Source of the DNA: Macrostomum lignano
Lineage: Eukaryota
DNA length: 62,233 nt
Direction of reading: 5' to 3'
Assembly: GCA_002269645.1 (NCBI GenBank)
Contig: NIVC01004059.1
Span: 1 to 62,233, forward strand
The translations under genes and the position numbers were made by a program. Of this stretch, positions 12,081 to 25,315 are shown in pieces (position 1 is the first letter of the stretch; each line of letters opens with the position of its first letter). The notes beneath the pieces were generated by a model that did not search any database, was not told the origin of the DNA, and was given only the letters and a program-made list of their open reading frames with translations.

Positions 12081-15000
12081 GGTGCCCACCAACACACCAA
12101 AAGACAGAGGTGCCCACCAACACACCAAAAGACAGAGGTGCCCATCAACACACCAAAAGACAGAGGTGCCCATCAACACACCAAAAGACAGAGGTGCCCA
12201 CCAACACACCAAAAGACAGAGGTGCCCATCAACACACCAAAAGACAGAGGTGCCCACCAACACACCAAAAGACAGAGGTGCCCATCAACACACCAAAAGA
12301 CAGAGGTGCCCACCAACACACCAAAAGACAGAGGTGCCCACCAACACACCAAAAGACAGAGGTGCCCACCAACACACCAAAAGACAGAGGTGCCCACCAA
12401 CACACCAAAAGACAGAGGTGCCCATCAACACACCAAAAGACAGAGGTGCCCACCAACACACCAAAAGACAGAGGTGCCCACCAACACACCAAAAGACAGA
12501 GGTGCCCACCAACACACCAAAAGACAGAGGTGCCCACCAACACACCAAAAGACAGAGGTGCCCATCAACACACCAAAAGACAGAGGTGCCCACCAACAGA
12601 CGGGGCGACCACCAAAAGACAGAGGTGCCCATCAACACACCAAAAGACAGAGGTGCCCACCAACACACCAAAAGACAGAGGTGCCCACCAACACACCAAA
12701 AGACAGAGGTGCCCACCAACACACCAAAAGACAGAGGTGCCCACCAACACACCAAAAGACAGCGGTGCCCATCAACACACCAAAAGACAGAGGTGCCCAC
12801 CAACACACCAAAAGACAGAGGTGCCCATCAACACACCAAAAGACAGAGGTGCCCACCAACACACCAAAAGACAGAGGTGCCCACCAACACACCAAAAGAC
12901 AGAGGTGCCCACCAACACACCAAAAGACAGAGGTGCCCACCAACACACCAAAAGACAGAGGTGCCCATCAACACACCAAAAGACAGAGGTGCCCACCAAC
13001 ACACCAAAAGACAGAGGTGCCCATCAACACACCAAAAGACAGAGGTGCCCACCAACACACCAAAAGACAGAGGTGCCCACCAACACACCAAAAGACAGAG
13101 GTGCCCACCAACACACCAAAAGACAGAGGTGCCCACCAACACACCAAAAGACAGAGGTGCCCACCAACACACCAAAAGACAGAGGTGCCCACCAACACAC
13201 CAAAAGACAGAGGTGCCCATCAACACACCAAAAGACAGAGGTGCCCACCAACACACCAAAAGACAGAGGTGCCCACCAACACACCAAAAGACAGAGGTGC
13301 CCACCAACAGACGGGGCGACCACCAAAAGACAGAGGTGCCCACCAACACACCAAAAGACAGAGGTGCCCATCAACACACCAAAAGACAGAGGTGCCCACC
13401 AACAGACGGGGCGACCACCAAAAGACAGAGGTGCCCACCAACACACCAAAAGACAGAGGTGCCCATCAACACACCAAAAGACAGAGGTGCCCACCAACAC
13501 ACCAAAAGACAGAGGTGCCCACCAACACACCAAAAGACAGAGGTGCCCACCAACACACCAAAAGACAGAGGTGCCCACCAACACACCAAAAGACAGAGGT
13601 GCCCATCAACACACCAAAAGACAGGGACGCCCACCAACACACCAAAAGACAGGGACGCCCACCAACACACCAAAAGACAGGGACGCCCACCAACACACCA
13701 AAATACAGAGGTGCCCACCAACACACCAAAAGACAGAGGTGCCCACCAACACACCAAAAGACAGGGACGCCCACCAACACACCAAAAGACAGGGACGCCC
13801 ACCAACACACCAAAAGACAGGGACGCCCACCAACACACCAAAAGACAGAGGTGCCCACCAACACACCAAAAGACAGAGGTGCCCACCAACACACCAAAAG
13901 ACAGGGACGCCCACCAACACACCAAAAGACAGGGACGCCCACCAACACACCAAAAGACAGAGGTGCCCACCAACACACCAAAAGACAGAGGTGCCCACCA
14001 ACACACCAAAAGACAGAGGTGCCCACCAACACACCAAAAGACAGAGGTGCCCACCAACACACCAAAAGACAGAGGTGCCCATCAACACACCAAAAGACAG
14101 AGGTGCCCACCAACACACCAAAAGACAGAGGTGCCCACCAACACACCAAAAGACAGAGGTGCCCACCAACACACCAAAAGACAGAGGTGCCCACCAACAC
14201 ACCAAAAGACAGAGGTGCCCATCAACACACCAAAAGACAGAGGTGCCCACCAACACACCAAAAGACAGAGGTGCCCACCAACACACCAAAAGACAGAGGT
14301 GCCCACCAACACACCAAAAGACAGAGGTGCCCACCAACACACCAAAAGACAGAGGTGCCCATCAACACACCAAAAGACAGGGACGCCCACCAACACACCA
14401 AAAGACAGGGACGCCCACCAACACACCAAAAGACAGAGGTGCCCACCAACACACCAAAAGACAGAGGTGCCCACCAACACACCAAAAGACAGAGGTGCCC
14501 ACCAACACACCAAAAGACAGGGACGCCCACCAACACACCAAAAGACAGGGACGCCCACCAACACACCAAAAGACAGGGACGCCCACCAACACACCAAAAG
14601 ACAGAGGTGCCCACCAACACACCAAAAGACAGAGGTGCCCACCAACACACCAAAAGACAGGGACGCCCACCAACACACCAAAAGACAGGGACGCCCACCA
14701 ACACACCAAAAGACAGAGGTGCCCACCAACACACCAAAAGACAGAGGTGCCCACCAACACACCAAAAGACAGAGGTGCCCACCAACAGACGGGGCGACCA
14801 CCAAAAGACAGAGGTGCCCACCAACACACCAAAAGACAGAGGTGCCCATCAACACACCAAAAGACAGAGGTGCCCACCAACACACCAAAAGACAGGGACG
14901 CCCACCAACACACCAAAAGACAGAGGTGCCCACCAACACACCAAAAGACAGAGGTGCCCACCAACACACCAAAAGACAGAGGTGCCCACCAACACACCAA

Positions 15001-15383
15001 AAGACAGAGGTGCCCACCAACACACCAAAAGACAGAGGTGCCCACCAACACACCAAAAGACAGAGGTGCCCACCAACACACCAAAAGACAGAGGTGCCCA
15101 CCAACACACCAAAAGACAGAGGTGCCCACCAACACACCAAAAGACAGAGGTGCCCACCAACACACCAAAAGACAGAGGTGCCCACCAACACACCAAAAGA
15201 CAGAGGTGCCCACCAACACACCAAAAGACAGAGGTGCCCACCAACACACCAAAAGACAGAGGTGCCCACCAACACACCAAAAGACAGAGGTGCCCACCAA
15301 CACACCAAAAGACAGAGGTGCCCACCAACACACCAAAAGACAGAGGTGCCCATCAACACACCAAAAGACAGTGGCGCCCACCA
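12081..15383. repeat. 28-bp minisatellite array, copy 2 (~117 units)
   Basis: Same unit as 1-6795 but almost free of small indels; contains GGGACGCC and ACAGACGGGGCGACC variant units. Confidence 0.98.
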
Positions 15384-15682
15384 GCCATGCCGTCAAATAT
15401 TGGCGCCCCTAAACTAGGGGTTGCAGGCCCTTCAATAAAAATTCATGCGCGCATGCATGCACCACTTCATTGATCGGATGTGAAATCTTGAACGCATTTT
15501 ACATGAGGGGCGCTGAATCTTAATAAAAAACTCAAGAAAGTCTCTGAATCTTGGAAAAGCCCCGATGAATCTCGTGGAATCCAATAGTAAATCCTTACGT
15601 CTCGGCTGGGTAGTCTAATTTTTGAAAGCCACAGAGCTAGAATCTCGGGCTTTCTCAGTTAGTAATCGCAGGAGGTCTCAGA

Positions 15683-16348
15683 GAATCTCAAGATATCTGG
15701 GAGAATCTCAAAAAAAAAAATCTGGGAGAATCTCAAGAAATCTGGGAGAATCTCAAAAAAGGATCATGGGAGAATTTCAAGAAATCTGGAAGAATCTCAA
15801 GAAACCTGGGAGATTCTCAACAAATCTGGGAGAATCTCAAGAAATCTGGGAGAATCTCTAAAAAAATCTTGGAGAATCTCAAGAAATCTGGGAGAATCTC
15901 AAAAAAATCATGGGAGAATTTCAAGAAATCTGAAAGAATCTCAAGAAATCTGGGAGATTCTCAAAAAAATCATGGGAGAATTTCAAGAAATCTGGGATAA
16001 TCTCAAGAAATCTGGGAGAATCTCAATAAATCTGGGAGAATCTCAATAAATCTGGGAGAATCTCAATAAATCAGGGATAATCTCAATAAATCTGGGAGAA
16101 TCTCAAGAAATCTGGGAGAATCTCAAGAAATCTGGGAGAATCTCAATAAATCTGGGATAATCTCAATAAATCTGGGAGAATCTCAAGAAATCTGGGAGAA
16201 TCTCAAGAAATCTGGGATAATCTCAAGAAATCTGGGAGAATCTCAACAAGTCTGGGAGAATCTCAAGAAATCTTTGAGAGTCTCAAGAAGTCTCGGAGAG
16301 TGTTAAGAAGTTTGGGAGAATCTCAGGAAATCTGGGAGAGTCTGAATA
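15683..16348. repeat. 20-bp AATCTCAAGAAATCTGGGAG minisatellite, copy 2
   Basis: Duplicate of 7095-7760. Confidence 0.95.
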
Positions 16349-16484
16349 AATGTATGGAGAATCACAAGAAGCTCCAGAAAATCCCAGGAAATTCTGTGAG
16401 CACTCGAATACATCTCAGAAAAGTGGGGATTTTCAAATGAATGGGAATATCTCGCAATCTGCCTGAACTGCAGCCCCCTCCCAG

Positions 16485-16694
16485 GCTCTGTGCATCCAGT
16501 TCGTATTCTGGTCCACAATTCGGCCAATCAGCTACGGCGGTTCGTTGAAGTCGGCCAACTTTGTTGAAGAGCTGTGCGACTTCCTGGAGAGCATCATGGA
16601 GAACATTAAATCCGTGCTGGCCACGAACGACGCCCTGCTCAAAGCTATCGATGCACCCGACACGGAAATGGTGGAGAAGTCGGAGAAATCTTGA
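16485..16694 (+). CDS. Second identical copy of the putative terminal exon
   Basis: Identical to 7897-8106 at offset 8588; TGA at 16692-16694. Confidence 0.5.
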   Translation, partial: ALCIQFVFWSTIRPISYGGSLKSANFVEELCDFLESIMENIKSVLATNDALLKAIDAPDTEMVEKSEKS

Positions 16695-17017
16695 AATGGA
16701 ATTGTTATTGTTTCGATATAATTACTACTAGCTTACTAACAGTAGACTATTTCGCAAAAAATGACAATAAATGACAAAAGCCCACAAATGGACCCAAGCG
16801 GCATATGAATTAGCTATCAAGACTTTTAATTGCTATTAGTCATCACGGATGATGTCTTCCCAGATGTATACACATTTTAAGAGAATGTGGCATTTTTCTG
16901 TCTATACTCTTTACTGTTAGTAGTAGGTATGGGCCTTTAGTTTCTGAGAAGGCAGTTCATTGCTTGCTAGCATTGTCGTAAGCCCTTTATATTGGGCGCC
17001 TCTATCTTTTAGTCGGC

Positions 17018-17411
17018 GTCCCTGTCTCTTGGTGGGCGCCCCTGTCTCTTGGTTGGCGCCCCCTGTCTCTTGGTGGGCGCCCCTGTCTCTTGGTGGGCGC
17101 CCCTGTCTCTTGGTGGGCGCCCCTGTCTCTTGGTGGGCGCCCCTGTCTCTTGGTTGGCGCCCCTGTCTTTCAGTGGGCGCGCCTGTCTCATGATGGGCGC
17201 CGCAGTCTCATGGTGGGCGCCCCTGTCTCTTGGTGGGCGCCCCTGTCTCTTGGTGGGCGCCCCTGTCTCATGATGGGCGCCGCAGTCTCATGGTGGGCGC
17301 CCCTGTCTCTTGGTTGGTGCCCCCCTGTCTCACGGTGGGCGCCCCTGTCTCTTGGTGGGCGCCCCTGTCTCTTGGTTGGCGCCCCTGTCTCTTGGTGGGC
17401 GCCCCTGTCTC
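17018..17411. repeat. 20-bp GC-rich minisatellite, copy 2 (remnant at ~18339-18431)
   Basis: Duplicate of 8430-8822. Confidence 0.93.
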
Positions 17412-18341
17412 TTACTTACTTACTTACTACTGACGGGGGGCGCAGGCGCCGCGAATAGGCCGCGAGGCCCCTATCGCAACCCCAAGGTAAAAGAGCACAA
17501 GGATTAACCTTGGGGGTGCGCCCAGTCCCCGCCAGTAGTCGGCAGGTTCGCAGTGGAGGCATCGGCGACCCTCATCCGGCCGGAGTTCCGGACGAAGGCG
17601 CGCAGGTCACGGATATTGTCCGGGGTGGTCAGCTCGTCCATCCGCTGGGGGTGGCCGAGGTATTTGTGCCGCGCCTTGTTGAAGTAAGGGCAGAAAGTGA
17701 CGTGATGCTCCGCGGTCTCCTCTCCTATGCCACAGAAAGGACAGGTGGGAGGGAAACCGGTTTGCAACGATATATGTCTCTGGAAGAATCCATGGCCGGT
17801 TAGGGCCATGCACATCTCCCCGAGGTCAATTCTGTTAAGCGAAATCAGATAATCAGAGACTTTCCTGTTCAGGTTAGGCATGGCAGAGCGGCTCTGCCTG
17901 TACTCGGTGCAGCTGTTCCAGTGGAGCTGGTGCTGCTGATGGAGCCACCTGTTGATATGGCGGGTGACTTGCGACCTGGGAGTGGGTAGCCTCATCAGAC
18001 GGTGGTTGCCGTCTGGGTTGCTGCCCTCCTTGGCGAGAGAGTCCGCGAGCTCATTGCCCAGGATGTTGCTGTGCCCGGGTGTCCAGATAATTCTAATCCT
18101 GTTAAGGACTGAGAGGAATTGCACACTGCGGTGGCATTGAGATACTGTAGCAGCGGAGATATTCTCAGCGGTTAAGGCCTTAATAGCGGCTTGGCTATCA
18201 GTGTAAAAGTTAATATCGAAGTTATTAATGTTCGCCTGGAGCAGGTGCTGGGCACACTGCTCAATGGCGTAAATTTCAGCTTGGAAAACCGAGGTGCAGA
18301 CTTTCCTGGAAGAGCATCTTACCCTCGTGGAAAATTACCCC
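17412..18341 (-). mobile_element. 5'-truncated RNase-H LINE, copy 2
   Basis: ORF 17504-18124 translates identically to 8913-9533; (TTAC)4 at 17412-17427. Confidence 0.92.
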
Positions 18342-18964
18342 TGTATCTTGTTGGGTGCCCTGTTTCTTGGTGGGCGCCACTGTCTCTTAGTAGGCGCCTC
18401 TGTCTCATGGTGGGCACCCCTGTCTCACGGTTCAAGCCAATAATTCAGTACGAATTAGAAACTGAAAGCTACCTCAACTCTCGCTAATGCAGTTCGCAGA
18501 AAAAACACTGGCTCAGTTCAGTCTTTTTTGTCTTAGGCGATGCTCATGTACACTAGCTACTCAATTTGATGCGGTTGGCAACGATGCAAGATATTTTAAA
18601 AAGCACCGTACACCCCAAATGAAGCTGCAATATTGCTCCAGGACTGGGTCGATACTATCAGGTAGGGCGTTACGCTTGTATACTTTGTGCTCTCTGTAGT
18701 ATAACAAATATTTGCGCTTTCGGATGAGAAATTTTTACGGTTCACTGAGTCAGAAAGGGTCGATTTCGATATCTGATGCTATTTTTAGATTTTCAATAAT
18801 CAGCCGTCAACAAAACGATAATTGCTATTCATAAACAGCAGCTAATGTAGAGCGGATACACATTCTTTAGAGCAGCAAAGTTTTTGAAATTGATTTTTTT
18901 ATTTTACGACGCTTTAGTTAAGTCGAAAGACAAACGAAAAACCACTGCATTTTACGCTCGTAGA

Positions 18965-19502
18965 CTCTGTCAGACATGTCACAATCTGTGTCAGATGTAT
19001 CACAATCTGTGTCGGAGGTGCATCACAATCTGTGTCAGATGTATCACAATCTGTGTCGGAGGTGCATCACAATCTGTGTCAGACATATCACAATCTGTGT
19101 CAGATGCATCACAATCTGTGTCAGAGGCAGCACAATCTCTGTCAGATTCATTACAATCTGTGTCAGATTCATCACAATCTGTGTCAGATGCATCACAATC
19201 TGTGTCAGATGCATCACAATCTGTGTCAGATGCATCACAATCTGTGTCAGAGGCATCGCAAACTGTGTCAGACATATCACAATCTGTGTCAGATGCATCA
19301 CAATCTGTGTCAGAGGCATCGCAAACTGTGTCAGACATATCACAATCTGTGTCAGATGCATCACAATCTGTGTCAGAGGTGCATCACAATCTGTGTCAGA
19401 CATATCACAATCTGTGTCAGATGCATCACAATCTGTGTCAGAGGCATCACAATCTGTGTCAGAGGCATCACAATCTGTGTCAGACACATCACAATCTGTG
19501 TC
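18965..19502. repeat. 21-bp TGTGTCAGA minisatellite, copy 2
   Basis: Duplicate of 10374-10911. Confidence 0.96.
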
Positions 19503-20324
19503 TAGGGTACGCCTTAGCGCAACCCATATCAAAAGATGAGCATTGGGTCTGCCTCCTATCAAAAGTAATTACAAAATTTGTGCTAAAAAATAGAAAAAAT
19601 CTGATTTTCTATTTTTCGGTGAAACCTGTCTCCAAAAGTTTTCCAAGAAACGAAGTCTTTCGTCCGTTCTCTTCTACTTAAGCATTCCTTGTCTGATAAG
19701 CATACAACAGGGTTGTTTTACAAGTCTGTGTTTTTGTTAAAAATGTATAGGTAATATGTTTAGAAAATGACATGGCAAAAATGCAGGAATTCAAGCAAAG
19801 TCTGTCCTGCTGTTAAAGAAGAGAATTTTTTACCTGTAGACAAACCCGCATTGGAATTTCCTAACCCCTTGTCAGTAAGTCATAATTACAGACATGATCA
19901 TCATCTTTCAGCTGCCGTTGTCAGGGGAACCCGAGAGGAAGTCGCGGATGAAAAGGTATATGCGTGGGTGATTAGAGGAAGATTTTTCGGAGAGTTGATG
20001 TCAGCGAAAATAGTGAAATAGGCACGAACTGAGCAGGGTTAGGAGAAGTACATCCCAGGTGGAGAGTTATATTAATTCCTAGAATTTGCTTTCGCTGACT
20101 GACTGTCGGATAATTGCACTTCAGAACGGAAGTGGTAATTACGAAACCAAAAAACCTATTAATAAACCAAATGATTATCCTGCCTTTTGACGGGGATAAT
20201 TGGGCTTTGGTAGAAAATATTTTGAGTAATGTTTGCTTAGAAATGATGAAGAAAAGCTTTGCAATTAGCAGCAAATGAGAGTTTAAAGAGGCTATGACAA
20301 AGAATAATGACTATATTTACATGT

Positions 20325-21208
20325 TGTGGCATCACTTGTGGCGCCATATTAGCATGAGTTCTGGCGCAAATTAGCATGAGTTGTGGCGCCATATTAGCAT
20401 CAGTTGTGGCGCCATATTAGCATCATTTCTGGCGCCATATTAGCTTCAGTTGTGGCGCCATATTAGCATGAGTTGTAGCGCCATATTAGCATGAGTTCTG
20501 GCGCAAATTAGCACGAATTGTGTCGCCATATTAGCATCAGTTGTGGCGCCATATTAGCACGAATTGTGTCGCCATATTAGCATCAGTTGTGGCGCCATAT
20601 TAGCATCATTTCTGGCGCCATATTAGCTTCAGTTGTGGCGCCATATTAGCATCAGTTGTGGCGCCATATTAGCATCAGTTGTGGCGCAAATTAGCACGAA
20701 TTGTGTCGCCATATTAGCATCAGTTGTGGCGCCATATTAGCACGAATTGTGTCGCCATATTAGCATCAGTTGTGGCGCCATATTAGCATTATTTCTGGCG
20801 CCATATTAGCTTCAGTTGTGGCGCCATATTAGCTTCAGTTGTGGCGCCATGTTAGCTTCAGTTGTGGCGCCATGTTAGCATGAGTTCTGGCGCAATATTA
20901 GCACGAATTGTGTCGCCATGTTAGCATCAGTTGTTGCGCCGTATTAGCATGAGTTGTGGCGCCATATTGGCATGAGTTGTGGCGCCATATTAGCATGAGT
21001 TGTGGCGCCATATTAGCTTCAGTTGTGGCGCCATGTTAGCATGAGTTCTGGCGCAATATTAGCACGAATTGTGTCGCCATGTTAGCATCAGTTGTTGCGC
21101 CGTATTAGCATGAGTTGTGGCGCCATATTGGCATGAGTTGTGGCGCCATATTAGCATGAGTTGTGGCGCCATATTAGCATGAGTCGTAGCGCCATATTAG
21201 CATCAGTT
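20325..21208. repeat. 23-bp GGCGCC minisatellite (TGTGGCGCCATATTAGCATCAGT)n with variant blocks
   Basis: Direct reading; longer and more varied than the 11735-12080 counterpart. Confidence 0.95.
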
Positions 21209-21600
21209 TTAGTAAGTATGATTTATAAAAACATTTTTATCTGATCAGGGCGAGATTCTTCAAGACACGCTACAGATTTTTTTCTACATTGTATGCTTTT
21301 TTCATTTTTCGAGTTCATCCGTTGAGTTGCACGCCAGCCTCCTTCATCAGGATTAAGATGCACCTTCGAGTTCAAGCATGTCCCTTTATTAAAATCCGCC
21401 TATTGAGGGAAATAATCCTCGAAGGATTAACGGGGGATAATCCGCGGAATAAATCCTTTTCAAAAGAAGAACACCTGGAATTTCGTCAACAAACGGCTTC
21501 CTCAGGGTGGAGAGAGACATGCCAGAGCTGAACTGCCCAGGCACCTTGGGGTTGTGGAATGTTTTGAAAATAAGTCACAAGAGGTTGGCCGCCTGCTTCT

Positions 21601-22394
21601 AATAAGTGTCAGATCTTTCAAATTAGTGTCAGATATTTCAAATTAGTGTCAGATATTTCAAATTGGTGTCAGATAGTTCAATTTGATGTCAGATATTTTA
21701 AATTGGTGTCAGATCAGTTATTCTAAATTAGTGTCAGATATTTCAAATTAGTGTCAGATATTTCAATTTGATGTCAGATATTTCAAATTGGTGTCAGTTC
21801 AGTTATTCTCAACTAGTGTCAGATATTTCAAAATCGTGTCAGACATTTCAAATTCGTGTCAGATATTTCTAATTCGTGTCAGATATTTCAAATTGGTGTC
21901 AGATATTTCAAATTTGTCAGATAGTGTCAGGTATTTCAAATAAGTGTCAGATATTTCAAATAAGTGTCAGATATTTCAAATTAGTGTCAGATATTTCAAA
22001 TTTGTGTCAGATATTTCAAATTAGTGTCAGATATTTCAAATAAGTGTCAGATATTTCAAATTGGTGTCAGATATTTCAAATTGGTGACAGATATCTTAAA
22101 TTAGTGTCAGATATTTCAAAGTGGTGTCAGATATTTCTAATTGGTGTCAGATATTTCAAACTAGTGTCAGATATTTCAAATTAGTGTCAGGTAAGATATT
22201 CCAAATTAGTGTCAGATATTTCAAAGTGGTGTCAGATACTTCAAATTGGTGTCAGATATTTCAAACTGGTGTCAGATAGTTCAAATTAATGTCAGATATT
22301 TCAAATTAGTGTCAGATATTTCAAATTGGTGTCAGATATTTCAAATTAGTGTCAGATATTTCAAATTGGTGTCAGATATTTCAAATTGGTGTCA
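21601..22394. repeat. 20-bp AT-rich minisatellite (AATTAGTGTCAGATATTTCA)n
   Basis: Direct reading. Confidence 0.96.
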
Positions 22395-22637
22395 AAAGAA
22401 TCAAGCGGTACTTGAATCAAAAATGCACCTTAGCAGATTGGGTCTCAGCTCCCAGCTTATGTGAGCCCAATGAATTGCCAGCTGCAGAATGTCTACAGTT
22501 TTAACAAAACAAAACCGGTTTTTGTATCGAACGACGCCGGCATGTGTTTTTTAGAGAATAAAAATAGGGCGCTTTCTGATGTTGGTGTTTTTTAGCCCTT
22601 TGTTTTACCTCGCAACAGGCATTTTGAAATCCTGACA

Positions 22638-23490
22638 ATATGTGTCAGAGGCATCACAATCTGTGTCAGATGCATCACAATCTGTGTCAGAGGCATCACA
22701 ATCTGTGTCAGAGGCATCACAATCTGTGTCAGATGCATCACAATCTGTGTCAGAGGCATCACAATCTGTGTCAGAGGCATCACAATCTGTGTCAGATGCA
22801 TCACAATCTGTGTCAGAGGCATCACAATCTGTGTCAGAGGCATCACAATCTGTGTCAGATGCATCACAATCTGTGTCAGAGGCATCACAATCTGTGTCAG
22901 AGGCATCACAATCTGTGTCAGATGCATCACAATCTGTGTCAGAGGCATCACAATCTGTGTCAGAGGCATCACAATCTGTGTCAGATGCATCACAATCTGT
23001 GTCAGAGGCATCACAATCTGTGTCAGAGGCATCACAATCTGTGTCAGAGGCATCACAATCTGTGTCAGAGGCATCACAATCTGTGTCAGATGCATCACAA
23101 TCTGTGTCAGAGGCATCACAATCTGTGTCAGACACATCACAATCATTGTCAGAGGCATCACAATCTGTGTCAGAGGCATCACAATCTGTGTCAGATGCAT
23201 CACAATCTGTGTCAGATTCATCACAATCTGTGTCAGATGCATCACAATCTGTGTCAGATGCATCAAAATCTGTGTCAGATGCATCACAATCTGTGTCAGA
23301 GGCATCGCAAACTGTGTCAGAGGCATCGCAAACTGTGTCAGACATATCACAATCTGTGTCAGATGCATCACAATCTGTGTCAGAGGCATCGCAAACTGTG
23401 TCAGATGCATCACAATCTGTGTCAGAGGCATCGCAAACTGTGTCAGACATATCACAATCTGTGTCAGATGCAACATGAACTGTGTCAGTA
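22638..23490. repeat. 21-bp minisatellite (TGTGTCAGAGGCATCACAATC)n, ~40 units
   Basis: Direct reading; alternating GAGG/GATG variants. Confidence 0.97.
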
Positions 23491-23941
23491 TGTCTCCCCT
23501 TTTTATAATGCTCAACATTGTGATAGCTAAGACGCACCCATAATTTTTTCCAGATTTAAACTGACCATAAATTTTGAAATGCATTGACAGTAAAACTATT
23601 GCGTGTCACGAAATTCCCAAAAAAATCTGTCTCCAATTTCTAAGAATTTTCAGTTGAATGCAGCATCGGGCATGATGCCGTGTTGCCAATGCGTTTTATT
23701 GACAAAATATGCCATTTCAAAGCATTGAATAGTGGCTTAAACTGATTGACATTCGACATGAATTTGCTAGGATTAAAAATTCCAAACAAATAAAATTCTC
23801 CGCGATTGCATTTCGGCAATTCAGTTCTTCATCCAGTAAAACAAAAAGATGAACAATCAGAACAATGATTTCTTTTGAAATGCTGGAATTTTTATTAACA
23901 TTACACAGCCGCTTTACTCTGATTGTTTATCCACAAACAGC

Positions 23942-24272
23942 TCCTCCCCATCCGCCCCTTCCTCCCCATCCGCCCCTTCCTCCCCATCCGCCCCTTCCTC
24001 CCCATCCGCCCCTTCCTCCCCATCCGCCCCTTCCTCCCCATCCGCCCTTCCTCCCCATCCGCCCCTTCCTCCCATCCGCCCCTTCCTCCCCATCCGCCTC
24101 TTCCTCCCCATCCGCCCCTTCCTCCCCATCCGCCCCTTCCTCCCCATCCGCCCCTTCCTCCCCATCCGTCCCTTCCTCCCCATCCGCCCCTTCCTCCCCA
24201 TCCGCCCCTTCCTCCCCATCCGCCCCTTTCTCCCCATCCGCCCTTCTTCCTCATCCGCCCCTTCCTCCCCAT
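23942..24272. repeat. 18-bp C-rich minisatellite (CCCCATCCGCCCCTTCCT)n
   Basis: Direct reading. Confidence 0.96.
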
Positions 24273-24812
24273 CCAGCTTTTACTACATTATCCTCCAAGT
24301 TGCCTTGCAATTTCACAGACCCACAGAATCTTCCTCCACAAAAAATTAACCCTTCAATTATGAATCCATTTGCTCAGGTAAGAGATGGCACCCAGCCGTC
24401 AGGTCGCCGCTACCTGTCCCCAATTAACTGGGGTCGGGAGAGAGAACTTGAAATTGGAACTTTGTCACGGCCCCGCGGCGGGCAGAGACAGAGCAGACTG
24501 ATAAGAAGACACGCGATTTATAAAATCAGAAGACGAGAGAGAGAAAAAAACTGATTCTTGCCGCCGTGCGAAACTGCAGTTTGCGATCACTGGGCTGGCC
24601 AAGGCACGACTGATGAGGAAGCGAAACACCTGGGCGTGGAAGGAATGGGGCGAGAGGGGAAGTTGAGTGAGGCGGCTGGAGAACTCTGCTTCCTGCGCGT
24701 GATATTTTCAGTTCCAGACTGGCTGCTCAGGGGGGTCAACTCACGATCCCGCTGCTGCTAGCTTTCTCTGCTTATGGAGATTAGGAATTTGATTGAATTA
24801 TCTGACTGCACC

Positions 24813-25315
<503 letters not shown>

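Larger units (their letters stand above)
15369..19862 (+). repeat. Tandem segmental duplication, near-identical segment, copy 2
   Basis: See 6781-11271. The differences I found are 1-nt homopolymer/array indels only. Confidence 0.97.

Noticed and set aside
1-15383. CRISPR-like 28-bp direct repeats
   Set aside because: Units are head-to-tail with no unique spacers, there are no cas genes, and the context is eukaryotic.
22642-23478. SQSVSEA/SQSVSDA serine-rich ORF resembling an adhesin or mucin (also 10293-11090)
   Set aside because: All six frames are largely open, there is no signal peptide or splice context, and the same repeat occurs at three sites with unrelated flanks.
23901-24363. GRKGRM / PPHPPL repeat ORFs resembling basic adhesive or extensin-like proteins
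   Set aside because: Translations of an 18-bp array; no supporting exon structure.
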